Shown: piece after piece, positions 7,017 through 14,316 of the stretch
How positions within the stretch are numbered: position 1 is the stretch's first letter
Layout of the letters: each line of letters starts with the position of its first letter
Virus record (IMG/VR): IMGVR_UViG_3300045988_125363
Location: 1 to 36,033 of that record
Reading direction: 5' to 3' (one strand)
Source: a virus
Length of the DNA: 36,033 nucleotides
The notes under the pieces: generated by a model
Told to the model about the DNA's origin: nothing
Database searches by the model: none
The model's input: only the letters and a program-made list of their open reading frames with translations
Translations under genes and position numbers: made by a program

Positions 7017-7018
7017 AA

Positions 7019-7270
7019 ATGAAAATTCAAGTTTTCTATACGTTTCACCGCACACATAAAGCAGAATCCAAGCATGAGACAAGTTTCACTTTTGAAGCAG
7101 AAACCGACGTAGCGGACGAACTGCTGGAAGTGGCCACGCCATTTTACTTTGATGATATTCGGAATACTCGGCGACAGCTCCATTTGTCAAAACTCACATA
7201 CTGGCACGCCGCCATGCACTATCGATACATCATGCACAGCGATCAAATTTTGAAGGTCGAGCGTGCCTGA
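7019..7270 (+). CDS. Hypothetical protein (83 aa), low-GC insert
   Basis: ATG 7019 inside ORF-track 6506..7270. Line 7021..7080 has 23/60 GC. C-terminus IMHSDQILKVERA. Confidence 0.55.
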   Translation: MKIQVFYTFHRTHKAESKHETSFTFEAETDVADELLEVATPFYFDDIRNTRRQLHLSKLTYWHAAMHYRYIMHSDQILKVERA

Positions 7271-7350
7271 GCCCTCCACTGGCGGCAGGAGGATAAAGAA
7301 AAGCCGCTGCCAGCGCGTAAGCGTAACTTAACAAAAGAGAGGATGATAAC

Positions 7351-7968
7351 ATGGCTACTGCAAAAGCGCCCAGCGGGCGGCGCGGGTCATCCAAGAGCGC
7401 ACAGCCGCCCTGTGGAGCCCAGAATGCACCCGCCATTACATTTCCCATGAACGGGCCTAAAGCCCCACAAATCAAGCCGGAGGAGTGCGTGGTAAGGTGC
7501 ATTGAGGCGTCTTCCGACGGCATCCGCGTGATGGTGCTGCCCCGCGTGGTAGATGTGCGCCGGATGCTCAACGAGACCTACGGCAATTTGGGATGGGGGG
7601 ATACCTACTACCGCTCCGGCAGCTGGTGGCGGTGCCAGATCGAGGTGCTGTCCCTGGCACCGGGGCTTTACGTCCGCAAAGACGCCGGGCCGCTGGACAT
7701 TCCCACGACCAGCCCCGAGCGGATGCAGGAAAACACCAGCTTTCTGGCCGCTGCGGCCATGCTGGGCTTTGCGGAGGACGTGATGGAGCTCCCTGCCATC
7801 TTCCTCAAGGCTGACAGAGTGCCCGTGATGCAGGATAAAAGCGGCAAATACCGCCCTGCTACCAAGCTGACGGTGGACCGCTTTGCCCGGGACGAGGCAG
7901 GTGCCATCACCATGGTGCAGTTTGCCCTGAGCGACGGCAAGAAAGTCCTATGGCCCGAGAAAGCATAA
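7351..7968 (+). CDS. Possible Rad52/Sak-type single-strand annealing protein (205 aa)
   Basis: AGAGAGGA RBS. The segment RVVDVRRMLNETYGNLGWGDTYY resembles the Rad52/Sak hallmark (RLdevFG..GW..e). It neighbours NinB-like and SSB genes. Confidence 0.45.
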   Translation: MATAKAPSGRRGSSKSAQPPCGAQNAPAITFPMNGPKAPQIKPEECVVRCIEASSDGIRVMVLPRVVDVRRMLNETYGNLGWGDTYYRSGSWWRCQIEVLSLAPGLYVRKDAGPLDIPTTSPERMQENTSFLAAAAMLGFAEDVMELPAIFLKADRVPVMQDKSGKYRPATKLTVDRFARDEAGAITMVQFALSDGKKVLWPEKA

Positions 7969-8507
7969 TCGGGCGGCTGCCCATCACCTACGACCCCACC
8001 CGGCGGGAGTGCATGGTGGAAAAGTCGGCGGAATTTGTGAAAACTCAGCTCCGCCAGAGGCTGGATGAGCTGGCACACGGCCAGCCCCTGCGGCTCACCG
8101 TCACGGTGGAGCGGGAGCGCAAGGCCCGCACTCTCAACCAAAACCGCATGATGTGGGCGCTGCTGACCGTGATGGCCGACACCTACAACGCGGGCCGGGC
8201 GGGCGGCGTGAGCCCCGAGGACTGCTACCAGCAGATGCTGGAGGAGTACGGGCTGGAGTACGATTTTTTGGAGCTGCCTGTGGCGGCGGTGCCCATCCTG
8301 CGCAAAGCGTACCGCCTTGTGCACGTTGTGGAGCTGCTGGACAATAACCGCTGCACCGTCAAGGCGTCCATGGGCTCCAGCAGCTTTACCACTGCCCAGA
8401 TGACCGCCTTTATCGACGGCATTTTTGACCGTCTGGCCGAGATGGGGGTCAATGACCCCAACGTCACGGCTTATTATCAGCAATGGCAGGAGGTGCCGAG
8501 AAAATGA
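7950..8507 (+). CDS. NinB/Orf-family recombination mediator-like protein
   Basis: LRLTVTVERERKARTLNQNRMMWALL and SMGSSSFTTAQMTAFIDGIFDRLAEMGV parallel lambda Orf IVVTIQERNRSLDQNRKLWACL and GQSTSRMRVGEFAELLELIQAFG (recalled from memory). The start is uncertain (7950 or ATG 8013). Confidence 0.6.
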   Translation: MARESIIGRLPITYDPTRRECMVEKSAEFVKTQLRQRLDELAHGQPLRLTVTVERERKARTLNQNRMMWALLTVMADTYNAGRAGGVSPEDCYQQMLEEYGLEYDFLELPVAAVPILRKAYRLVHVVELLDNNRCTVKASMGSSSFTTAQMTAFIDGIFDRLAEMGVNDPNVTAYYQQWQEVPRK

Positions 8508-8812
8508 GCTTGAGCATCATGCAGGGGCGCAAGGTGTGCTACATCTGCCGGACAAAGTATCTTGTCTGGACAGAGACAAACCTGGAAGAGCACCACGTCC
8601 TCAACGGGCCGCTGCGGGACTTTTCCGAGCGGTACGGCCTCAAGGTCTGGCTGTGCCACCGCCACCACAATGAGCCGCCCGAGGGCGTGCATTTCAATGC
8701 AGAGACATCGGATTGGCTCAAGGGCGAGGCCCAAAAGACTTTTGAGTGGCTTTACGGCCACGACCGCTGGATGAAAGAAGTCGGAAAGGATTATTTATCA
8801 TGCTCAACGTAG
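8504..8812 (+). CDS. HNH-type zinc-binding nuclease-like protein (Ref / RecA-dependent-nuclease-like), 102 aa
   Basis: AGGAGGTG RBS and an ATGA overlap. CYIC...LEEHHVLNGPLRDFSERYGLKVWLCHRHHNEPPEGVH motif pattern. Confidence 0.5.
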   Translation: MSLSIMQGRKVCYICRTKYLVWTETNLEEHHVLNGPLRDFSERYGLKVWLCHRHHNEPPEGVHFNAETSDWLKGEAQKTFEWLYGHDRWMKEVGKDYLSCST

Positions 8813-9252
8813 TAGCGATCATGGGACGGCTGGTGGCCGACCCGGAGCTGCACACCACACAAAACGGCACCAAAGTCACCACCTTTCGCATCGCCTGCGA
8901 CCGCAGTTTTGCGAAGCAGGGCGAAGAGCGGCAGGCCGATTTTGTGGACGTCGTGGCGTGGCAGCAGTCGGCAGAGTTCGTCTGCAAGTACTTCCAGAAG
9001 GGCGGTCTTATCGCCGTGGATGGCAGCTTGCAGAGCCGGAACTATCAGGACCGAAACGGAAACAGCCGCACGGCGGTGGAAGTCGTGGCCCAGCATATCA
9101 GCTTTGCCGGGGCCAGCAAGCGCAAGGATCAGCCCGTGGATGACGGCGGCGAAGATCCCCCGGCGGGCTGCCGAGAGCCTGCCCCGGCCTACGCGCAGGG
9201 CAGCGCCGACGACTTCGCCATTATCGACGACAGCGACGATCTGCCGTTTTAA
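8800..9252 (+). CDS. ssb: Single-stranded DNA-binding protein (150 aa)
   Basis: MLNVVAIMGRLVADPELHTTQNGTKVTTFRIA OB-fold N-terminus and an acidic C-terminal tip DDSDDLPF. Confidence 0.9.
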   Translation: MLNVVAIMGRLVADPELHTTQNGTKVTTFRIACDRSFAKQGEERQADFVDVVAWQQSAEFVCKYFQKGGLIAVDGSLQSRNYQDRNGNSRTAVEVVAQHISFAGASKRKDQPVDDGGEDPPAGCREPAPAYAQGSADDFAIIDDSDDLPF

Positions 9253-9264
9253 GGGGGCGATGAG

Positions 9265-10200
9265 ATGGCGGAAAAGAAAAAACGATGTCAATACCTTGTC
9301 GTCTTCGATTGGATGTATGATAATTTTGGCTTTAACGTGTCTGAGGCAAACGCGCTGGCTGTTGTCTATGGCTTTTGTCAGGATGGAAAGAGCTGGTATC
9401 AAGGCGGCTCCACCTACCTTGCCGAGCGGCTTCACATCTCTCAGAAATCAGCCAAAAATTACCTTGCAAATTTTGTCAAAATTGGCATTCTCAAAAAGGG
9501 CACGCGAATGGTCGGCAAGGTGGCCTACAACATCTACCAGACCGTGCCGGATATCGAAAATCTGGTGCTGACAGACGAAGAAGACCCGGGAAAAATTTTC
9601 CCTAGTGAAAAAATTTCCCCGGTGAAAAATTTTCCCTCAGACCCGGAAAAAATTTTCCCTCAGACCCGGGTAAATTTTTCCCACAAGAAAGAAATAGAGA
9701 AAGAAATAGAGAAATCTATCTATCAGCGCAAAGCGCCGAAACAGGATGGATGGATGGAATCTAACCCGGACAGGAACGAGGTCGAAGAGACCTTCCGGGA
9801 GCAGTTGCAACTCGACGATCTGGCCGGGCGGTATGACCCGGCGGCGCTGGAAGAACTGCTTGCCATCATTGTCGGGATGTACTGCTGCCAGGACAAAATC
9901 CAGTACATCGGCAAGACGCCTCAGACCACAGCAAGCATCTGCAAGCTGCTGGACAAGCTGACCGGGCGGCACGTTGAATACATCATGGACAACCTGGCCC
10001 AGACCACAACGCCCATCAAAAACATCCGGGCCTATCTGCAAACCACGATCCTGCGGGCGGCCACGACGCTGGAATTTTACGAGATGACCAAGACCTCGGG
10101 GCTCTGTGCCCAGCAATCCCAGCGCGAGGCTCTCCCCAGCATTGAAATTGGCGCTGCGGCAATGTCCCGGCGGCTGCGGAAAGGGGGTGGCAGCACGTGA
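9265..10200 (+). CDS. Replication initiator / replisome-organiser-like protein with an N-terminal wHTH
   Basis: AAGGGGG RBS. N-terminal LAERLHISQKSAKNYLANFVKIGIL. The gene contains the iteron cluster at 9588..9712. Confidence 0.6.
   Translation: MAEKKKRCQYLVVFDWMYDNFGFNVSEANALAVVYGFCQDGKSWYQGGSTYLAERLHISQKSAKNYLANFVKIGILKKGTRMVGKVAYNIYQTVPDIENLVLTDEEDPGKIFPSEKISPVKNFPSDPEKIFPQTRVNFSHKKEIEKEIEKSIYQRKAPKQDGWMESNPDRNEVEETFREQLQLDDLAGRYDPAALEELLAIIVGMYCCQDKIQYIGKTPQTTASICKLLDKLTGRHVEYIMDNLAQTTTPIKNIRAYLQTTILRAATTLEFYEMTKTSGLCAQQSQREALPSIEIGAAAMSRRLRKGGGST
9588..9712 (+). repeat. Iteron cluster plus AT-rich 12-bp tandem repeat; candidate replication origin inside the initiator gene
   Basis: Five copies of G(G/T)GAAAAATTTTCCC-like units start at 9588, 9605, 9621, 9644 and 9668, two of them extended to ...TTTTCCCTCAGACCCGG. 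Then gaaagaaataga x2.3 at 9687..9718. Confidence 0.8.
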
Positions 10201-10367
10201 GAGGTCCGCAAAAGCTGGATGATCGTTATCTCCTGCCGGACAGCCCCTGCCGCTGTTGCAGCAAGGTCCCCTGCTATGCCAAGTGTATCCTGTGGAAAGC
10301 CTGGTTTACAAAGCGCTGGCAGAGCATCCAGATTTCTGCCGAGCGGTTCATCCGCCGGAAAAAATAA
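10197..10367 (+). CDS. Small Cys-rich hypothetical protein (56 aa; below the ORF-track cutoff)
   Basis: GTG 10197 overlaps stop TGA 10198..10200. AAGGGGGTGG RBS. ...DSPCRCCSKVPCYAKCILWKAWFTKRW... Confidence 0.4.
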   Translation: MRGPQKLDDRYLLPDSPCRCCSKVPCYAKCILWKAWFTKRWQSIQISAERFIRRKK

Positions 10368-10393
10368 CGCCCGAGAAGAAAGGAAAAATCGTT

Positions 10394-11188
10394 ATGACCA
10401 TGCAAAGAATCGCCATCATCAACCTCAAGGGCGGCGTCGGCAAGTCCGTCACCGCCTGCAACTTGGCCTGCATCCTGGGCCAGATGCACAAGCGCCGCGT
10501 GCTTGTGATGGATCTGGACAAGCAGGCGAACACCTCCAAGTTTTTCCGCCGCTTTGACCCCGGTATGACCACCATGGCCCAGGTGCTGACCATGGAGAAC
10601 ATCCTGGCCGACGCCATCGTAAACACCCGCTTTGACCATGTGGATATCGCGCCGTGCTCCATGGAGATGCTCAAGGCCAACAAGCAGGTGATGCTGGACG
10701 TCACTCACCCGCAGCACAACCGCATCCGGCGGGCCTTGCACGACCAAGACGGCTTGTACGACTACTGCATCATGGATTGCCCGCCCGATATCGATATGGC
10801 CACCATCAACGCCCTCGTGGCTGCGGATTGGGTCATCATCCCGGCGGACTGTGACGAATGGGCCTTTGACGGCCTGAAGGAGATCATGGAGCAGGTGAGC
10901 GAGGTCAAGGAGGAGCTCAACCCGCACATCAAGGTGATGGGCGTGCTGGCCACCAAGTACACCCGGGGCGGCTATTCCCAGCGGGCGCTGGATCAGCTGG
11001 ACAAGAGCAAGCTTCCTGTTTTCCGTGACCCGGACGGAAAGGTGCTGCGCATCGACTACAGCGTCAAGGTCAAGGAGGCCAAGACCCTGCACCAGCCGAT
11101 TTATACCTACCGCGTCCCGGCAAACGTGCAGTATCGCCAGCTGGCCGATATCGTGGAAAAGATGGTGGGAGGACAGGAAAATGGATGA
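10394..11188 (+). CDS. parA: ParA/Soj-family partition ATPase (264 aa)
   Basis: ORF-track 10256..11188 trimmed to ATG 10394. Deviant Walker A IINLKGGVGKSVTACNLA, then DLDKQAN and IMDCPPD. Confidence 0.9.
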   Translation: MTMQRIAIINLKGGVGKSVTACNLACILGQMHKRRVLVMDLDKQANTSKFFRRFDPGMTTMAQVLTMENILADAIVNTRFDHVDIAPCSMEMLKANKQVMLDVTHPQHNRIRRALHDQDGLYDYCIMDCPPDIDMATINALVAADWVIIPADCDEWAFDGLKEIMEQVSEVKEELNPHIKVMGVLATKYTRGGYSQRALDQLDKSKLPVFRDPDGKVLRIDYSVKVKEAKTLHQPIYTYRVPANVQYRQLADIVEKMVGGQENG

Positions 11189-11588
11189 GGTTAGACTTTT
11201 ACCCGCTGCTGCCATAGCATCTGGATTTCGACAGGCTGCCGAAAAAGAGAGAAAAGACTCGGAAAATTTCAAAGCTATGGGAGGCTATGAAAATTATCTC
11301 AAGTATCTCATGAAAGACGGAGCCGCGGATATGCTTTTGGGAATGGCAGACGATATCATGAAAATGGAGCCTGTCGATGTGGATGTTTTGCGCGCTGTGC
11401 TGATTCAGAAGATCGAGTCTAAAAACAAAGGCAAGCCTGTTTTGTACTGGAGAGATGCAGGGGCTGACCAAGTTTGCCCGGTCTGTGGCTATGTGTGCGA
11501 TGACAGCTACTACATCGAGAATTTCTGCACAAAATGCGGAACGCGGCTAATTGACCCGTGGGCGGAGAAAGAGAGGATGAAAGAATGA
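11181..11588 (+). CDS. Zinc-ribbon hypothetical protein (135 aa) inserted between parA and parB
   Basis: ATG 11181 behind GGGAGGACAGGAAA. C-terminal CPVCGYVC...CTKCG. Lines 11221 and 11281 each have 26/60 GC, against 37/60 in parA line 10801. Confidence 0.6.
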   Translation: MDEVRLLPAAAIASGFRQAAEKERKDSENFKAMGGYENYLKYLMKDGAADMLLGMADDIMKMEPVDVDVLRAVLIQKIESKNKGKPVLYWRDAGADQVCPVCGYVCDDSYYIENFCTKCGTRLIDPWAEKERMKE

Positions 11589-12949
11589 GCGCAGGATTAT
11601 TAAGCAGCCTGCTGAACGCCCAGAGCCAGACTCCCACCCCGGCGGGGCAGAAGATGCAGGTGGTGATGGTGCCGCGCGAGCTCATCATGGCAAACCCGGA
11701 CAACAAGAAAATCTACATCGTGGGCGATGTGTCCGGCCTGAAGGATGACATCCGGGAAAACGGCGTCCGTCAGCCGCTGGAGGTCATCCGCTGGGCCAAT
11801 AGCTACAAGCTCATCGGCGGCGAGCGGCGGCTTACAGCCTGTAAGCAGCTGGCCGATGAGGGCGACAAGCGTTTTGAGTCTCTCCCCTGCCTGATTCTGG
11901 ACAGCAAGGGCCCAGAAGACGATAAAATCGCCCTCATCACGGCCAACGCTACGGCCCGCGACCTGACCGACGGCGAGCGTGTGGCACAGTACGAGGCCCT
12001 GAAGGACGCTCTGACCCTGAAAAAAAAGCGGGGCGAGCTGAAGGGCAAAGTCCGGGATGAGTGCTGCCGCATCCTTGGCCTGAGCGCAGGCGCAGCGGCC
12101 CGTCTGAATGTCATTGCGACCTGCGAAAACGAGACCATCAAGCTGCGGCTTATGGCTGGGGAAATCGGTCTGATGGAGGCTTACCGCTACGCACAAGATT
12201 ATGCGCAGTATACCAAGCAAAAAGAGACCCCGGAAGAGCCGGAGAAAGAACCGAAAGCAGCGTCGGCGGAAACGTTACCGAAAGAATCCGATAAATTCCC
12301 GCTTTGGGTGTTGGTTGTAGCTGACGATGTGTGCAAAAAAAGTTGGGTGGAAAATTTACCTGAATTTTCGGCAAAGTGTTTAGAATCCTGCTGGCACGTA
12401 AAGCACGGCATTGCCGAAAACCTGAGAAGCGGGAGCATAAGGTGCAGTCCAGAAGGAATACATCTCGGGAATAACAGCGGCGGCGAAGAAATTTTCCTGA
12501 CATGGGAAAGATTTGTGAGCTTTTGCATGGATGAGGGCATCGCCCCGGAAAAGCATGCTGCAAAATCTGCTGCAAAACCCGTGGAACCCGCAAAGCCTGC
12601 TGCGGATTTGGCAGCACAGGCCAGAGCAAAGCCTTTCCCCAGGGATATCAGCAACGGTGGGCTTAACACACTCATCAAGCTGGCAAGAAAGACTCTGGAC
12701 GACAAGGAAGCGTGGACGCTGTACCTGTGCGAGCCGGAATTTAGAGTCGAGTATTATAAGCAGTCCCTGCCCGGCGGGGCCACGCTCTGGATGCGGCTGG
12801 ACGAAATCGCAAAAGAGCGTTTAAGCACTGCTGGTTATGCAGATTATGCCATCATCCTGCAAGACAAAAGCTTTTATACCGACGGCTGGATCGGCATGGG
12901 CTGTATAGTGGACGATTTGGTAAAGTGGTTTAATTTGAACGATGATTGA
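11585..12949 (+). CDS. parB: ParB/Srx-domain protein with a long C-terminal extension (454 aa)
   Basis: ATGA overlap with the upstream gene. NGVRQPLEVI...YKLIGGERRLTACKQL ParB-box motifs. Confidence 0.8.
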   Translation: MSAGLLSSLLNAQSQTPTPAGQKMQVVMVPRELIMANPDNKKIYIVGDVSGLKDDIRENGVRQPLEVIRWANSYKLIGGERRLTACKQLADEGDKRFESLPCLILDSKGPEDDKIALITANATARDLTDGERVAQYEALKDALTLKKKRGELKGKVRDECCRILGLSAGAAARLNVIATCENETIKLRLMAGEIGLMEAYRYAQDYAQYTKQKETPEEPEKEPKAASAETLPKESDKFPLWVLVVADDVCKKSWVENLPEFSAKCLESCWHVKHGIAENLRSGSIRCSPEGIHLGNNSGGEEIFLTWERFVSFCMDEGIAPEKHAAKSAAKPVEPAKPAADLAAQARAKPFPRDISNGGLNTLIKLARKTLDDKEAWTLYLCEPEFRVEYYKQSLPGGATLWMRLDEIAKERLSTAGYADYAIILQDKSFYTDGWIGMGCIVDDLVKWFNLNDD

Positions 12950-12968
12950 TTTTTGAGGAGGCCCTTGG

Positions 12969-13412
12969 ATGAAACCGCGAGAGTTCAGGCAGCTGTACGC
13001 AATCCCGTATGATATCGAATCCCGCAAGAAGAGAATCAAGCGGCTGGAAGCCATGCAGGCCGACGGCCCGCAGCCTGCCTCGGACGTGGTGAAATCTTCC
13101 CGTGGGGAGGGCAACGCCTGCATTCTGGGACACGCTACCGTGTCCGGCACAGACGCTGCCTTCACCCGGCGGGAAGAGGAAATCAAGCGGCTCAGGAAAA
13201 TCAACTCTGAAAAAGAGCGCCTGTACATGGAGGGCCAGCGCATCATCGAGACCTGTGACGACGCCATGCTGCGCTGGATGATCTCCGACGTGTGCCTGAA
13301 TGGCCGCAAGCCCCAAGAGGTGGCTGTGGAGCTCATGGAACAGGGCTATGATTTTAACGCCGACGCCATCCGTCGCCGGGTGGATCGGTGGGTGGAACAG
13401 AATGTGAGGTGA
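12969..13412 (+). CDS. Sigma-region-4-like / DUF1492-like putative late transcription regulator (147 aa)
   Basis: GAGGAGG RBS. Architecture EFRQLY..I...I......RL..., a coil, then AMLRWMISDVCLNGRKPQEVAVEL. Lies just upstream of the packaging module. Confidence 0.5.
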   Translation: MKPREFRQLYAIPYDIESRKKRIKRLEAMQADGPQPASDVVKSSRGEGNACILGHATVSGTDAAFTRREEEIKRLRKINSEKERLYMEGQRIIETCDDAMLRWMISDVCLNGRKPQEVAVELMEQGYDFNADAIRRRVDRWVEQNVR

Positions 13413-13430
13413 ATGGTTGGAGTGGAGAGA

Positions 13431-13718
13431 ATGAGCTGTAAATTTTGCGAGGAATTCGAGTGGGCCAGACAACTCCGCCGCAAATACCCCGGCGGGCCAG
13501 ACGTCTACACGACTTATCATGCCTGCTTTTGTGAAAAGACCCACCGAAAGGGGGGTGGGGTGATTGGAGTGTATACCCACCGTGCTCGTCCGCTGAAATA
13601 CTGCCCGGAATGCGGGCGGAAGCTGAACGGCAGAAAGAAGAAAGAGAAGCCAACGATTGACTCCCAAGACGTCCTGCATGAGTGCGAGGACTACAACGAG
13701 AGAGGAGAAGAAGAATGA
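13431..13718 (+). CDS. Zinc-finger hypothetical protein (95 aa)
   Basis: ORF-track 13413..13718. ATG 13431 has better GGAG spacing. CKFC...CPECG. Confidence 0.5.
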   Translation: MSCKFCEEFEWARQLRRKYPGGPDVYTTYHACFCEKTHRKGGGVIGVYTHRARPLKYCPECGRKLNGRKKKEKPTIDSQDVLHECEDYNERGEEE

Positions 13719-13924
13719 AAACAAAGCGCTTAAAGAAGCTAATGATGGCACGCGGCCTGTCTCGCAATCAGGTCAACCGAATTTTGCACAATCGAAAGCT
13801 CCGACCCATACCAAGAGTAAGCAACCGCATCTTCTGGCTCGTTTTCCGCCGAGAGTTTGACCGCTTTGTAGATGCCTGCGGCCCAAGTGCGATACCGTGG
13901 TTTTGGGATTTCAGAATAGAGTAA
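13715..13924 (+). CDS. Basic hypothetical protein (69 aa)
   Basis: ATG 13715 behind GAGAGGAGAAGAAGA, with an ATGA overlap. MKTKRLKKLMMARGLSRNQ... Confidence 0.5.
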   Translation: MKTKRLKKLMMARGLSRNQVNRILHNRKLRPIPRVSNRIFWLVFRREFDRFVDACGPSAIPWFWDFRIE

Positions 13925-13936
13925 GTACTTTTGAGC

Positions 13937-13966
13937 GGCTGGCCCGGCGGGGCTGGCCGTTTTTGC
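13937..13966 (+). terminator. Intrinsic terminator (plus-strand specific because of G-U pairs)
   Basis: GGCUGGCCC-GGCG-GGGCUGGCC, 9 bp including two G-U wobbles, followed by GUUUUUGCUUUG. Confidence 0.6.
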
Positions 13967-14060
13967 TTTGTCCGAAATGTCCGATTTGTCCGAAAATGTA
14001 CGTTTTGTCCGATTTGTCCAGATTGTCCGGGAATGGTCGTTTTGTCCTGATTGTCCGAAA
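13967..14060 (+). repeat. Tandem array of about 10 units of a 9-bp repeat (core TGTCCGA)
   Basis: TGTCC cores at 13969, 13978, 13987, 14006, 14015, 14024, 14043 and 14052. Degenerate units at 13997 (tgtac) and 14034 (tggtc). One inverted copy TCGGACA at 14089..14095. Confidence 0.9.
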
Positions 14061-14078
14061 AAGATGTGCTATTATCAT
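14051..14078 (+). promoter_or_regulatory. Possible late promoter TTGTCC-16 nt-TATCAT overlapping the last repeat unit
   Basis: TTGTCC at 14051..14056 and TATCAT at 14073..14078. The match to consensus is weak. Confidence 0.3.
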
Positions 14079-14244
14079 ACTGCGGGCATCGGACAGAGGC
14101 CCACAGCTCTTGCGTACATAACGATTTACCCGGCGGGAAGCATAGCGCGGCTCTGAGAGTTCCTCCTCAGCAATCCGGCGCGCTCAATGGGAAAACATCC
14201 TGCGCCGTCCGCTCCAAACCCCAGCGGCGCACAATATGATTTGC

Positions 14245-14275
14245 AAAAGTGTCCACAGTGGACACTTTTTCTTTT
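14245..14275. terminator. 21-nt element copy 2 in a terminator context (AAAA-GTGTCCACAGTGGACAC-TTTTTCTTTTT)
   Basis: 17-bp palindrome at 14249..14265 flanked by an A4 run and a T-run. The realistic hairpin is GTGTCC-ACAGT-GGACAC, extended by A:T pairs. Confidence 0.6.
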
Positions 14276-14280
14276 TGCAT

Positions 14281-14316
14281 ACCCGGGGGTGCTTTTGTTG
14301 CCCCCGGGTTGTTTTA
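14281..14316 (+). terminator. Second hairpin, ACCCGGGGG-N11-CCCCCGGGT followed by TGTTTTAT
   Basis: 9-bp perfect arms at 14281..14289 and 14301..14309. Confidence 0.5.

Noticed and set aside
6506-7018. First two-thirds of the 254-aa ORF 6506..7270
   Set aside because: This alternative frame overlaps two better-supported genes (6480..6722 and 6735..7016). Only the part from ATG 7019 has its own start context and distinct composition.
13897-14156. ORFs 13897..14121 and 13968..14156 across the 9-bp repeat array; also the idea that the array is a CRISPR
   Set aside because: Their periodic peptides simply translate the tandem repeat. The units are 9 bp with no spacers, so the array is not CRISPR-like. 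The iterons at 9588..9712 are likewise not a CRISPR.
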